Below are positions 51,166 to 64,000 of a stretch of DNA of 64,000 nucleotides, in pieces. The stretch's first letter is position 1; each line of letters begins with the position of its first letter. The DNA lies in the NCBI RefSeq assembly GCF_001194135.2, contig NC_069005.1, positions 32,936,485-33,000,484 of the forward strand. Direction: 5' to 3'. Origin of the DNA: Octopus bimaculoides. Taxonomy: Eukaryota. The position numbers and the translations under genes were made by a program. The notes under the pieces are model-generated. The model was not told the DNA's origin, did no database searches, and worked only from the letters and a program-made list of their open reading frames with translations.

Positions 51166-54090
51166 AGTTATGTTCCAAACACCATCATAAATACACTGAT
51201 ACACATCTGTTTATCATCATGTTGTGTTCACAACACCAGCTTCATTTCCTAATATACATTTGCCTTCAGTTAAATTCCATGTTCGAAATACCATCTTAAC
51301 AAAATACAAATGAAGAAGACAACTGTTAAAGATCTTAAGACAAGCCTTAAAGGAAGTTGTGACTGGAAAGGAAATAACCAAGTCACATTCAACAAATGGG
51401 AGGAAGATGAAACAGAAAGTCAGAGACAAATGTGCAGAGTTGAACTGGAAGCATCAATGGTTGAATGATGAAGGTGTGAGGGTATTTCTTTGTTTTTAAG
51501 TCTAATATTCTACTTTTCAGTACAGTATTATATCATATTTTTATTTTCATAAGATAAAGGTTGACTGTTACTTTGAAGTTTTGGATAAATCGCCTTCGTC
51601 AGACAGTGTGCACGTATATGTGCGTGTGTATGCGTACAGACACACACACACACATACATTCACAGAAAGAAAAGCTATCAAAAAACTGGTATATACAACC
51701 CAGTAAATTTGCCCTTGTTGAAATGAGTTTAAATATTTATTTATATTAAGGCAAAGATAAGTGAAATAAAAGTGAAGATGATCTGAGAATAGAACGATTG
51801 TAATGGAGAGAAGCAAGAGATAAGTCTGAAGATGATATTACAGTCCATTCACTGAGATGCAGGTGGAATTAAACTGGATAGTCTGCACATGCAAAATAAT
51901 GTACTTTATCAGCCAACAAGCAAAGCTTTCCATGATTGATGGATTTGTTGGAAATAGCCAAGAAATCATGACATTCTTGAAATAGCATGTCAAATCTTGA
52001 TCTGCAAGAAACAATAGCCAAACCTCAAATCAAATTCTACCAACTTAAAAATGGAAGGAGGCATCAGATAATGTCGTCTTGGATACAATATATCTGAAAG
52101 TTAGAATGGTCATGGATGGAACACCTCTGATCAAAGGTCTGCCACATCAGAGCTGACCATGGGCTAAACAATAAGAGCATGAAGAAAGTTAGGTTTATTT
52201 TCAGCTGTTCAATTGTAATCAGAATGATGGTCACTGCCTGGTGGTTTATATCCAGAGTTGCTTGCATTTCAGCTTGCAGAATCCAATCTTCTTTCCTCTG
52301 TCTACTTTTGAGGGGAGAGAAGTGAGCACCCCACTCCAGTTGGATACCCTTGATCTTTTTCATACTTAGTCTGATGGAAGTTTTATCTAGGGAATATAAA
52401 CCCTATTGATCTCAGCAGGCCAGCAATGACCCTTGCAGGCCTGCTAAGATCAATATGATTTGCATCTCTGTGCTGACTTATACCAGAAAAATGCGAGCAG
52501 CAGAGAGTGAGATTCTAGGCAGTTCACTGATAAAGGAAAAGGAATTAGGTAAACAATATATCTAAAAACTAGAATATGTATTTATCATAGAGATAAAAAA
52601 AGAAGACAAAATTTTAACATTACCCAAATAAAAGACATTAGTATTAACTGATAACATTGTGTAAAGGCTAAATAGATTAACTCAAATATTCTCTAGAGGT
52701 CATCTCACAGTGAACTGACCGGATCATATGTAAAATAGACTGGGTCATGTTAATTAACAGACATTCAAGTAAATCTTCACCATTTTTTCATTAAAGTTAA
52801 TTTCCTCTAAAGTACGTTGTAGCATCAGACAACACATGGCTTGATGCTGCAGTAATTCATATTGAAGTTAATTACCACAATGACACCTGGTGATTACTTG
52901 GTCAGTTGTGCGCCAACATCTGTTGAAAACTGATAAATCATTGATAATCTGAAGAGGGGGGGGGGCAAGATTAAGAACCCTTGTTAAAAACTCCCATCTA
53001 CAATTTGATACAGTGTTGCAAGACAAACAGTGAAATGTGAAAAGAAGATCTCCCTTCTAAAACAATATTCGTGATTTCTATATTGAGTGAGGGAGAGAAT
53101 AGAGTTGATTTCACTAGTCCAGCATGTTATCTCAGAAAAATAAATATTTGAAGTTGATTTCTGCAGATGATTTCTTGTAAAAACAAAACATTGTCTGTCT
53201 GTCACACATCTAAATAGCGAAGCCATGTAATATATATTGTTGTGGCACATTAATATACTTTTATTGTCAACATATTTTGGTGCTGCCAATGATTGAATGT
53301 TTTTGTTTTTTTTTGTTGTTTTTTTTTAAATTTAAACTTTGGAGATTGTGCAGATTCTTAGAGTGAATCCCTCCTTTAGATTTCAAACTTGTTAAACCCC
53401 CAATGAGAGATCACTATAGTTTTCCTTATAGAAAAGAATACCTGATATTTAAGGGGGGAGGGGAAGCTGATAGCAACTTCACAAAATTCATTTTTGAATT
53501 TTCTGGATCACACAAGTATACACCTTGCTTCCCTAAATCTCCAAACGGTCACCACATTAACCAGAGTTGCTGTTAAGGCTGTGGTCATTTGGTCAAATGA
53601 AAAATAGTCTATTTTTACAAGGGCCTTAACCATTTTATGTCATATAAGCAAAAAGAAAAAGAATTCTACAAACCAGTAAAGATACCACTACATCTATGAT
53701 TGCCAACCTTTTCCATGCACCTCACTCCTAAAGAACATTTGATTAATTTCCATACCCTCGATCAAAAGTAATATCACACATAAGTGAAATGTTTATTTTT
53801 CTAATAACTCTCTTTTTTAATTTTAAACAAACCACAAATGGTTCTGTGGAATAAGTTTTTGATGTGATTAAGAGAATGAAGTTAATTTTAAGAATACATA
53901 AGTTAAAATTTTTATTCTGAAAAGCNNNNNNNNNNNNNNNNNNNNNNNNAAAGCAATTTCAATAAAGTACACGTAACCCTACCCCCTTGTTGCATCATCT
54001 GAAATGCTATTTCAAACCTCAGGTGGGCTTTACATGATTGCTCACTTTGCTAGAAATAACAATCACATTTCCTTCAAATTACATCCTACT

Positions 54091-54138
<48 letters not shown>

Positions 54139-55574
54139 AAAAAGTGGGGTGGAGGGCAGAAGGATGCATAAGAAAATGCTAAGACTTAATATTTCTGCTT
54201 GGTCGGGGTTGAGCCAGGGTCAAATGACCAAAGCGTTAAATATTTCACCTTATCCACAACAATACCAATAGAGTTACTATCATTTTTGTGGTTGGTTTAA
54301 TTGGTAGAATCTCCTGTCCTTGCAAATAAATGAAGCCACAAGAGAAATGTCTAAGAAGCAATAATATCTTTTTTATATATATATCTGAAATTCTAATGAA
54401 AAAAGAAAAACAACAAATATCAAACAGCTCCACATAATTTTACAGATTGTATCACTCACCTTATCCACCACATCCATCGACTTACACCACACCATACCAC
54501 ACCATGCTATACTAGACTTGCACAGATCCACGCCAAACCTCTACACCACACAATAACAAACTCACACCACATCATGCAACACTACAGCAGACCAGACATA
54601 TTGGTACATTTCACTGTGGTTCTGACAAACACGCCATTAGACCAGAGAAAGGTAAATCAATAAAATATCTAAGTCAACTTATTGAAACATTTCATTGGTA
54701 GTTTGAATGGGGGGAGTGAAGGGTGAATGAGAGAGATGGGGAATCATCTTATTTAGCCTGAAAGGACGGCTGTACCCGGGGAGTTTAACTAGAAGAGATG
54801 GGGAGGGGGAGGACAGGTAATGGGAGAGGAAATAGAGATACAATTATGAAGAATGTATCTTGCACTAACATAGAAATTCAGAATGGTTTATTGTGTTTTG
54901 AAAGAGAAATGTTAATTCATCTGAAAAGCCTACATAAGAATGTAAAATACACACAGACACAGGTAGGTAGGTAGGTAGGTAGGTATGTGTGTGCACACGC
55001 ACGTGCGTGTGTGTGTGTGTGTCACAAATCTTCATTTTTCTTTAACATGTACTTACAAGTAAGAATAGACAAGACTCGTTCGCTATCACCACCACCATTT
55101 GAATTCCTGGCACTTATGTTAATCAAACAGGAAAGAATAATGGACTAAATTGACTATAACAAGAATTTAACAGTAAATGGCTAACAAGAATAAAGAATAA
55201 AGCCCATTGCTTTAACATCGACAAATTGTAAACAGCTGAAATGAGTTGGTGTTTGTTTAAATATAGTTTCCTGGACTAATTAACCCCATCTTTACAATGT
55301 AACAGTTATGATATTTAGTGGCTTTCAACATTTTGTAGCTCAGTGGCCCATTCTCCCAAATGGTCTTAGTGCCCCTGTCCTTCGCCACCAGTTCAGGTTC
55401 TGAAGTTATTCTAATCAAACAAAAGCTCCCAATCTTGTGCAGTGGTTTTATTACCTGTATTCTCTCATATTACACAATCACAATATATTACCTCTTTCTA
55501 AATATTCACAAGTACCAGTGTCCTTTATGCTAAATTTGTATGGAAATTACTGAAGAAGGCTGGGACTTATATAA

Positions 55575-55750
55575 TTATTTTTGACTTTGACACAATGCCA
55601 GCAATTTTGAGGGGAGGGGGAATTTTGATTACATCAACCCCAGTGTTCAACTGGTATTTCTTTCATCCACCCCCAAAAGAATAAAAGGCAAAGCTGACTT
55701 TGGTGACATTTGAACTCAGAATGTGAAGAGCCAGAAGGAATATCACTAAA
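55575..55750 (-). mobile_element. Family A SINE-like copy
   Basis: ccccagtgttcaactggtattt...aaaggcaaagctgactttggtgacatttgaactcagaatgtgaag. Confidence 0.68.
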
Positions 55751-57819
55751 TATTAATTTAGCCACAAGTTGATGGTGGATCTATCAAGCTGCCAGAAACA
55801 GTAATCAAATTTCCCTCAAATCACTCCACACCATATTAAGAAGAAAAAAATAGGATGCAGTGGTTATCAACTGGGGTTCGTGTCAGATTTTGTTGTTAAA
55901 ATTTATCTACGAAAAATTGGTTATACTTCTACAGTAGACAATTTTTTTTTTTTAAATACAATTACAATTATTATTTATTCATTAAAATATATGATTTTTT
56001 TTTTTAACATTGAATGGTTAGAAAGATTCATCCAAGTAAAATAAAAATCAATGGGGTCCATTGGAAAAAACAGTTTAGTAAAATGGGATGGCCAAGGTTG
56101 TCTTGGATAAATTGAAATATCAGAAGAACATGAAAATGTCAAGGTAATCAGTAGCCAGAGCCAAAAAAGAGGATTGATGATAATATATTTATGAATATCT
56201 TGAGAATAGTTTTGGGTAAGTGGAGTCACATGTAGATTTTAAGTGAACTTCTAGTGATCTGTTTTTCACAGATTATTCCAACATTTGAAAATTGCCCAAA
56301 TAATGCTATCAAGGTTCAGTATTTTCAGGACATTAGTCACAGAGAAGTCACAGAGCCATTCCACTGGCTCTCACAGACCAGTTAGTTCAGCTGAGTTAAA
56401 AAAAAAAAACATGGTCCATCATGTCAGTAAACAACAAGTTGAATGGAGATGTAGCTTATGTAAGAAATCAAGATGGGTAAATGATATTAATTAAAATATC
56501 ATGTGATAAGCACTGGAAGCCAAATATGTAAAACATTTGTTCTGTGAAATTTTCCTATGAGAAGAAATTATTTCAGCTGAACATCACTTGAGGAATCAGT
56601 AAACAATTGTGAAGGAGCTAAAATACAGAGGTTAGAAGTGAAATAGCTACAGTGTAGATGAGATGTGAGAGCAACACAAGTGGTTGAATTGAGAAATGCC
56701 CTACAACAGTAGAGCTATGCGTGTAGAGCGAAGGCTGATTGTCAAAGAGGTCTTGAATGTCATCTTAAATGAGGTTAAGATATACTGCTTATATCATCAG
56801 GAGAGGTGGAGGAGGAGGAAGAGGAGAAGAAAACTGGGGGTGATGTTATTTTAAGTGTGAAGGGTGTGATAGTTAAGATTGGTTATGGATAAAGATGAGG
56901 GGGTGGTTTTAAAAAAACAAAAGACAATCAGAAAAGATAAAATACTCAACAACTTGCAAGCAAAGGAGGTAGGAGGAAGTTTAAATGATTTAAGGATTGT
57001 AATTAATAAGCAAAGAACTGATTAGCAAATTATAAAATTAAAAAATACATTTTAGCAAAGAAACCAACGGTGTGTGAAAATAGCTATTCCATAATAAGTA
57101 TTAAAGTCACTCAAGTTTAAAACCACTCAAGGGAATCTTCTTTTCATTTTATGTGAGAAAATGGTTAAAAACTAAAATGCTGGAGCAGTTAAAATACTGG
57201 AGATATGATAATGTTTAATAAGAAAATTCAGGTCAATTATTAATTCCCTCCACACACACAATGAAGGCACACATGGTGAAAGAAGGAGGTATTTTATGTG
57301 AACACCAAACAGCATTATTTAATGACAAGTATGAAATTACAAATACATAACAGTCTTCACACTATGTTTTAATACAATGAATGAGAACAGCTAATTTAGA
57401 AAATGAGGAAAAATTTCAAAGAAAAATTTTCAATGAGGATTTAAAAATCAATAAACAGAGATTCATCAGCACACACTCGCTCCCCCATACCCACCACAGC
57501 AATAAGTCTTGCTGTTTGCAAAGATCATTGTTTTCTAGATGAATAATTGTCAACATTCGTGTAATCATAGCAACAAAATGGATCCGTAGGTGGCAAAGTA
57601 CACTGACTATAAATAGCATTTAGAAAACCTGTTAAACAACTTCTCCAGCTTGTACACGGTGGGTTTAGCTAAATAACATAGAAAACAGGATTCCAGGAAA
57701 TGGAATTCACTGACAAAAAAAACAAACTATTCCTCTAACATGGCTAAGGAAACGGATTCTAATAAGTAATGATAATAATAATTAATAATAGTTTATTTAA
57801 TAATACTGCCTTTATTTCA

Positions 57820-58045
57820 ATAATAATTTTTCCTGGTTTGAGCACCAGGCAAGCAATTTCAAAAAGTAGAGGGCTAATTAATTAAGTCAATCTAAACATT
57901 TGACCAATACATTTTTTAATTGACACCCCCACCTCACTCCCAGCGACAGATGAAAGGCTGTTGAACCTGGCTGGAATTGAAATCAGAATGTAAATAGCTG
58001 GAAGAAATGCCACAAGGTATTGTGTCTGAGATACTGTCAGTCTAC
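57820..58045 (-). mobile_element. Degenerate family A SINE-like copy
   Basis: gatgaaaggc...ggaattgaaatcagaatgtaaatagctggaagaaatgccacaaggtatt. Confidence 0.55.
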
Positions 58046-58050
58046 CATAA

Positions 58051-58073
58051 CAGCAGCAGCAGCAGCAGTAGTA

Positions 58074-58106
<33 letters not shown>

Positions 58107-58123
58107 ATAGTAGTAGTAGTAGT
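58051..58123. repeat. Compound (CAG)n(TAG)n microsatellite
   Basis: Directly visible. Confidence 0.95.
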
Positions 58124-59010
58124 AAAAGCTAACACCATTAACGTACTACATAAAAGAAACTTTGAGACTTTGCAAATTCTATTCCCTCACTAAAAACTAA
58201 GATAAAATCATACTTTACAATTGTCGGAGTATAAATAACAGAACATGCAGTAAAATTATTAGCAACAACAACAATAATAATAACCCTAAAATATTTGTTG
58301 CCACCTTCCACCATAAATACTAAGTATTCTGTAACCTTCCAAAATGTATTCAGGAAGAAATGCAAACATTTCCTGCTCTAATGGCATTTGTTAAAGCTAA
58401 ACAGCAGACAACATGTGTGTGCATGTGTGTGTGTGTGTGTGTGTGCGTATCTATATATATGTATGTATGTATGTATAATCAGTGTACAGTTTAGAAGTGT
58501 GCTGAAAGTATTGCTCTCTGCTAATATAGACAAGATAGAATCTTAACAGATGACTGTTCTAGAAGATCAGTGAAACAATGAGTCACTCTACTAGGTCATT
58601 AGAAAACCATTGCCATGGTTTACAAGAGCCATTATGTCTGCCTACTCCAGGCTGTATAGACATAAAACTGCACAAGAAAAGATCACATGACAAATAGATC
58701 AAATTATTTTTGTGCAGAAATATAGTTAGGAGAGAAAATGCCAAGTAAATTCAGAGAATAGATTGGCCAAATTTAAACTGTCGTAGACTTCCAGAAGCCA
58801 CACATCATCTGCAGGAATATAGAAATATTAATTCAGCTGATTTGTTAATGTCTGTAGAAATTAATTAATTATAATAATAAACTAAATTTTATACAATAGA
58901 CTAGATTTTATACTAAAAACGATCAACAGTTATCAACTCCTTTCACACAGGTGAGGAGAACCAAACATTACAAAGAGACGCAAAAATGTGCTCTTTAATC
59001 CATTTTGATG

Positions 59011-59245
59011 TGCACGGACAGGATGCTGAATGCACTTTTGCCGAAGGACAAAAAGCCAAATGGACACAATAATAAAAAATAAAACATTCCCACCTACATA
59101 GTTTCAATGACCAATTCAGTCTGTCAAATGGTCATATTGTAGGAATAAAATGTTTATCATGCATTTTAATTTTCGCATGTCTTTTTGGCATCCATTTGGC
59201 TTCTTGTCCTTCAGCAAAAGTGCCTTTGGCATACCAACTGTGTAC
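59011..59245. mobile_element. Foldback/MITE-like palindromic element
   Basis: 33-bp inverted arms 59032-59064 and 59191-59223 (2 mismatches), weaker outer extension, and an inner inverted pair cctaca...atgacca / tggtcat...tgtagg. Confidence 0.6.
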
Positions 59246-59354
59246 CCTTTTTGACATTAATCAGTCCAAGATCACCCTTGGTTTTATGGCAAAGAATGGT
59301 CTAAATTAAAACTTCTTATAAAGATTTCATGTTAATATATGTTCCAAATATGAA

Positions 59355-59545
59355 GTGGTGAGCTGACAGAATCATTAGCACACTGGGCAACATGCTTAGC
59401 AGTATTCCGTCCCTCTTCATGCTAGAGTTCAAATTCTACCAGGGTCAATAAAATAAGTACCAGTTGAGTATTGGGGTTTAATGTGATTGATTTACCCCCT
59501 TCCCCAAAATTGTTGGCCTTGTGTCAAAATCTGAAACCAGTATTT
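59355..59545 (+). mobile_element. tRNA-derived SINE-like element (family A)
   Basis: gtggtgagctgacagaa head, gagttcaaatt at 59425, aataagtaccagttgag core and ggccttgtgtcaaaatctgaa 3' end. Confidence 0.78.
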
Positions 59546-61924
59546 GTTAACAAACATTAGCTGAATAATGGATAAAGCCATTTTAATATATTCTTCATCC
59601 TTTCCAAAATTAATTGAGACAGAAAAACATGGTGACAAAAGGACAGTTCTTGTTTATCACTGAAGAAATTTGTTGCATTTAATTTCTCATTGTCAGTCAA
59701 GTACAATAATGAGAGCAGCAGATGCCAAAGAGCGCACAACAAGGAAACAACACTGCAGTGTGAAGCACCATGCCTCTCTAATGACGTTAATGTTCCAATT
59801 TATGTACACTCACAAACACACAAGGCTGACATAAAAATCAGTGGCAAGTTTTGAAAGGAAAAAAAAAAGAGAGAAAAGTTTGCAGAGAGGTCATTGGAGC
59901 AAAAGAGGGGGGGGGGACTAATATATCATCACCACCTTTTTCAGAAATACAGCAGGAAAAAAAAAAGAAACAAAAAAAAAACAATGTCAACACAGAGTAG
60001 TAGCGGTGCAAGTAGTAATAAATCTGTTGGAGATAAATAGACTGCACATAAATAGCACTTGAGAAACTATCTCATCCTCATAAATTTGACATAAATATAT
60101 TTAAAACAGCAAAACTTTAAACAGAAGCAGTCCACCAGCAGCTTATTGCTGCAAAACTGTGGTTGTTTGTTCACTAAAAATAGCAACTAAATCTCACACC
60201 AGCCCAGAGTTTGCGGTTTTTAAAAAAAAAAAAAGACATGCTGGGATAATGTAGTCCTTGATATACTGTCCGAATGAAACAAAAAAAAAGATGGTCACAG
60301 CTGCTCGATATTACAGTTGATATCAAGCTAAGCAACAACAGAAGCTGTTCATAAAGTTTGCAGTATCATGCTAACTCTACCTGAGAAGTAACACCATTAA
60401 AGTTACGTCTGTGAAGTACTCAGTAATAAACATGAAAAGGTATGTGGAGTTCCATTTATTCAGTAACTGAAACATTCAACCACCCAAATCAACAACACAC
60501 GCACACACACACTTTCATTTATTCCTACGTCCATTATTTCCTCTTTTGCTTGTTTAAGTCATTGGACTGCATGCAGCCATGCTGAGGCAAAGCTTTCAAG
60601 AATTTTAGTCAAACAGATCAACCCAAGTCCAGTATTTATTCTATCAGTCACTTTTTGCTGAAATGCTAAGTTACAGAGACATAGCGGTTGGTCAAGTGAA
60701 GAGGTAGGGGGGAAAACACAGGTACTGGCCTGGAGCAATGGTAGAAGATACTTGCCCAAAGTGCCACACTGGGATCGAACCCAAGACTAATGTGATTGCA
60801 AAGTGAGCTTCTTAGCCATATGACCATGCCTGCTAGCGTAAGTATGAATATATACTGTTGATGTATTGGTTTAGATGCCCTTCCTGCCACTAACCCTTAT
60901 GTGTATATGCATACATACACACTTTTCTCAAAGACATCTGCGCCATCTTCATTCCAGTACAAAAATGCAAGACCAATTAGCTGATCCCATTCCCTCTTAT
61001 AATGATCAATGTCCCCATCTCCCAAACAAGCCAACTATAGCTAGGAGTGCCACAGGATTACCAAATTTACAACACTAAGTCATTATAAGGTCTGAGGAAA
61101 TGGTGAAACCTCACAACAGGGTGCTTTTAGAAGAAGAGCAACAAAGGTCTTGGAAGTACTGGCACTGGGAAATGGCAACTTTGAAAGCTGCACTTAGTTC
61201 AAATCAATCATGGACAAACACAACTCTTGTTGTAAAATATAACAAGCAAATTTCCCTCAAACCACTCTACAAGCCTAAAAATAGGAAAACACGTTAGACA
61301 GTGTAATCCAGGATATACTATGCCTCACCTCTCAGGCTCTGCCCTAACTACTATTCCGAATCTTTCCTCCATCAGTCTCAATTTTATGGAAATCTTTCCT
61401 CACATATTGATTTAAATATGTTAAAGCTGTACTATGGAAAATCCATGAAACACGTAGGTCCTACTTCTTCCTTTTGAGTGAGCCCTTAAAAAAAAATAAT
61501 GGTACTGCATCAAGTCATCAAGCAAGGTTCCAAATTTAAAACTAAAATCCCAAGGGAAGTCAGTTATAATGCTCTCACAAAATTCAACAATTCCATTCTG
61601 ATAAACTCATTTGTTTTCTTCTATAAAAACAAAATGTTGAAAGTGTTATCTAGATAGAAATTGTTTCAAAGTAGATAAATAGTTGTTAAATAAATTAGAT
61701 AAAAAGCCCTTATTTAATTAGTTACATAAATAACACACACATCTATCTTCAATGGAGATTTGAAGATTAATATTTCCAATGTTTTTGTAACCAGCGGATT
61801 CCTTGCTAATGTCATTAGAATTCATCAAAAGAGTATCATTCGTCTTTCCTTTCAGAACATTAATTCAAAGAAGCGAGTAATCATCTTGCACTCAACAATC
61901 ATTGACTGGAATAAAATTTTTATT

Positions 61925-61956
<32 letters not shown>

Positions 61957-63938
61957 CCCCAATGCTTTTTGGTAGCAAAGAGGTATTTATCAAACTGTTT
62001 AAATTTGTATAAATTGAACAAATTAAATTAACAGAAATACTATTGTTCCATAACAGCAAATTGCTTGTTTATTTACTTTCAAGAGTAACAGTCCTCAAGA
62101 TATTTTTATTCACTATACTTAGATTTATTAACCTACATTATGAATTATTAATACTATTCTTTAAGAGGGACTTAAAAAGTTATATTTACATACACACAAA
62201 CTAAAGTTAACCATTGAACCTTCTTATATTTTTAACTCTACAGAGCTATTTACTTAGCTTCAAATTAATGGAATTATTTACTGTGAAATCATTAGCTTTG
62301 TTTGTATAAGTAATATTAAATAAAGACCAGTTATCAGTGTCACTTAATTTCATCTCCAACAAAAATGTTGACAAGTTTTGGAATTATCCTTTCAAAAATA
62401 CCCTTAAAATTTCAAAATTGTTCTTTTGAATTCCTTTTCTCCTAATAGAGTTGAGAAACTCTCAAAAAGATCTAATAGATAATCAGACACTCTAATATCA
62501 TACAATTATCAAGATTGTTTTTATTGCTTATGTACATCTCATAGTCAAGGTCTTGTTTTACATACAGATAATATAAAATTAGCTGGTTTATTTTATTTAA
62601 TTGTTGAGAATCAGTAAACTGTGAAACTTGGATCCACAGTTTGTGAAACTTCAATTTAAGATAAATATTATATCACTCTACATCATTGTATTGAAGTTTT
62701 TTTCCCCCAGGATTCTGTACACAGTATATGGAGGTGGCGATTACATGCATGCACTGGATTCCAGTTTTAAATTAGGTGTACCACATCCCGTATGTCATAA
62801 GAAGTGATTAAAAGGGTTGAGATTAGAAAGGGTATCCAACCATAAAACAGTGCCTCAAAATGCCCAGTCCAACCCATGCCCCTCATACAGGTGTTTGTAT
62901 GTACCTGGATTGGACGACAGTATTCTGAATGCTGCTGGTCTTTATCTCCCAGTAAATAGAACAAACTATATCATCTTAACTATAGCCGATACTCAAACAC
63001 ACACTCAACCTATTTCAGAAGTATTCTTCACATCTATGTATAATAAAGTTTTAACTGATGTCTCTCTCAATTGACCAGCCCAACAAAAACCAAGTAAAGC
63101 TAAGTAAGTGAAGGAGAGAACCTCCTATTTTTCTATACTAAGATCAACTCAAAATACTGAGTGGAGTTGGACAAGCGAAAGAAACATGACATGGTAGTAG
63201 TGTGCAGCATGATATAAACATAGAACAATATGAAGACAGGAAACCTAAAGCAATTTCATGTGAAACGAAGAAATATATCAAGCGTCCTTAGGCAACACAC
63301 TTCATGCTCCTTGCCCATTTCATTGCCAGCCAACAAGGAAACTTCATGATCTCACAATCAGCTAGGAATAGCAGCTATATATCCCTCAAAACAACACTGA
63401 ACAATCTTAAAGAGAAGAGTACCTTACATAATATAATCCCAGATATTCCTTTAAGAAAAACAAAATGATCCTAGTTGGAACGTCTGGCTTATGTAAGTTT
63501 ACACAAGCACAACCCATATGACACAGTACCTGACATCAGACTATGAAGATGAAAAGGGAAGTTTCAAGTCCTTAAAAAGTGCAAAATTTGCAGTTTAAAA
63601 CAGCATGGAGCCACACAGAGCCATAAAACATTAAACACATATGGTGTGTGTGTGTGTGTGTGTGTGTGTAAACTCCCCTCTCACTCCCTTCTATGTCGTT
63701 AACACAACATGTGTAATAATAAGTATGTGACACAATAATCATTATATGATTAGTCTCGGCTGGAAACTGCATTTCGTGTGGCTGACTGGTTGGCAATTAA
63801 GGGGAACAGTTCCAATTGGAAATCGAAACAAAATATTAGACACTGAAATAAAGGCACAAGGAGAGAATGAGAGGGGATGTTATTACAGACTAAAAAGCCT
63901 TTGTGAGTGGAATTTGGTAGACAAAAACTGCAGATGTG

Positions 63939-63941
<3 letters not shown>

Positions 63942-64000
<59 letters not shown>
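63942..64000. repeat. (TG)n microsatellite running off the window edge
   Basis: Directly visible. Confidence 0.95.

Noticed and set aside
56280-56770. Possible very old RTE 3' coding remnant, with similar faint LINE- or pogo-like traces at 5150-5520, 42540-42760 and 60940-61080
   Set aside because: Resemblance rests on a few residues across many frameshifts and cannot be supported without a profile search.
58760-58860. Minus-strand acceptor-like sites followed by MMCGFWK as a possible MED13 exon 2 start
   Set aside because: Early stops in the relevant frames and no GIKW or ELWIFW match.
1-64000. CRISPR arrays, operons, rRNA or other prokaryotic or viral systems
   Set aside because: None seen. 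The window is spliced eukaryotic gene sequence with ordinary interspersed repeats.

Overview
Eukaryotic, AT-rich, microsatellite-dense genomic DNA from a gapped draft assembly (12 N-gaps). The repeat families and simple-repeat load suggest a coleoid cephalopod, probably Octopus (inference, no database check). The window holds the 5' part of a Mediator kinase-module subunit gene, MED13 (MED13/MED13L/Skuld ortholog), on the minus strand. I reconstructed seven coding exons by hand (33293-33401, 17219-17299, 16690-16835, 16358-16540, 3484-3829, 2530-2613, 1-354). All internal junctions are GT-AG and phase-compatible, giving one open frame that runs off the left edge. The exons for roughly the first 100 residues were not found in 33402-64000. 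The rest is intronic: two near-identical RTE-clade LINE 3' copies, older LINE and Ty3/Gypsy relics, many tRNA-derived SINE-like copies, MITE-like elements and microsatellites. The best second-look items are an (Asp-Lys)n insertion in the MED13 N-terminal domain, three intronic hairpins, a possible internal promoter or alternative first exon, and the young RTE pair. I see no evidence for a novel multi-gene system. Almost all ORFs in the supplied track are artefacts of repeats or N-runs.
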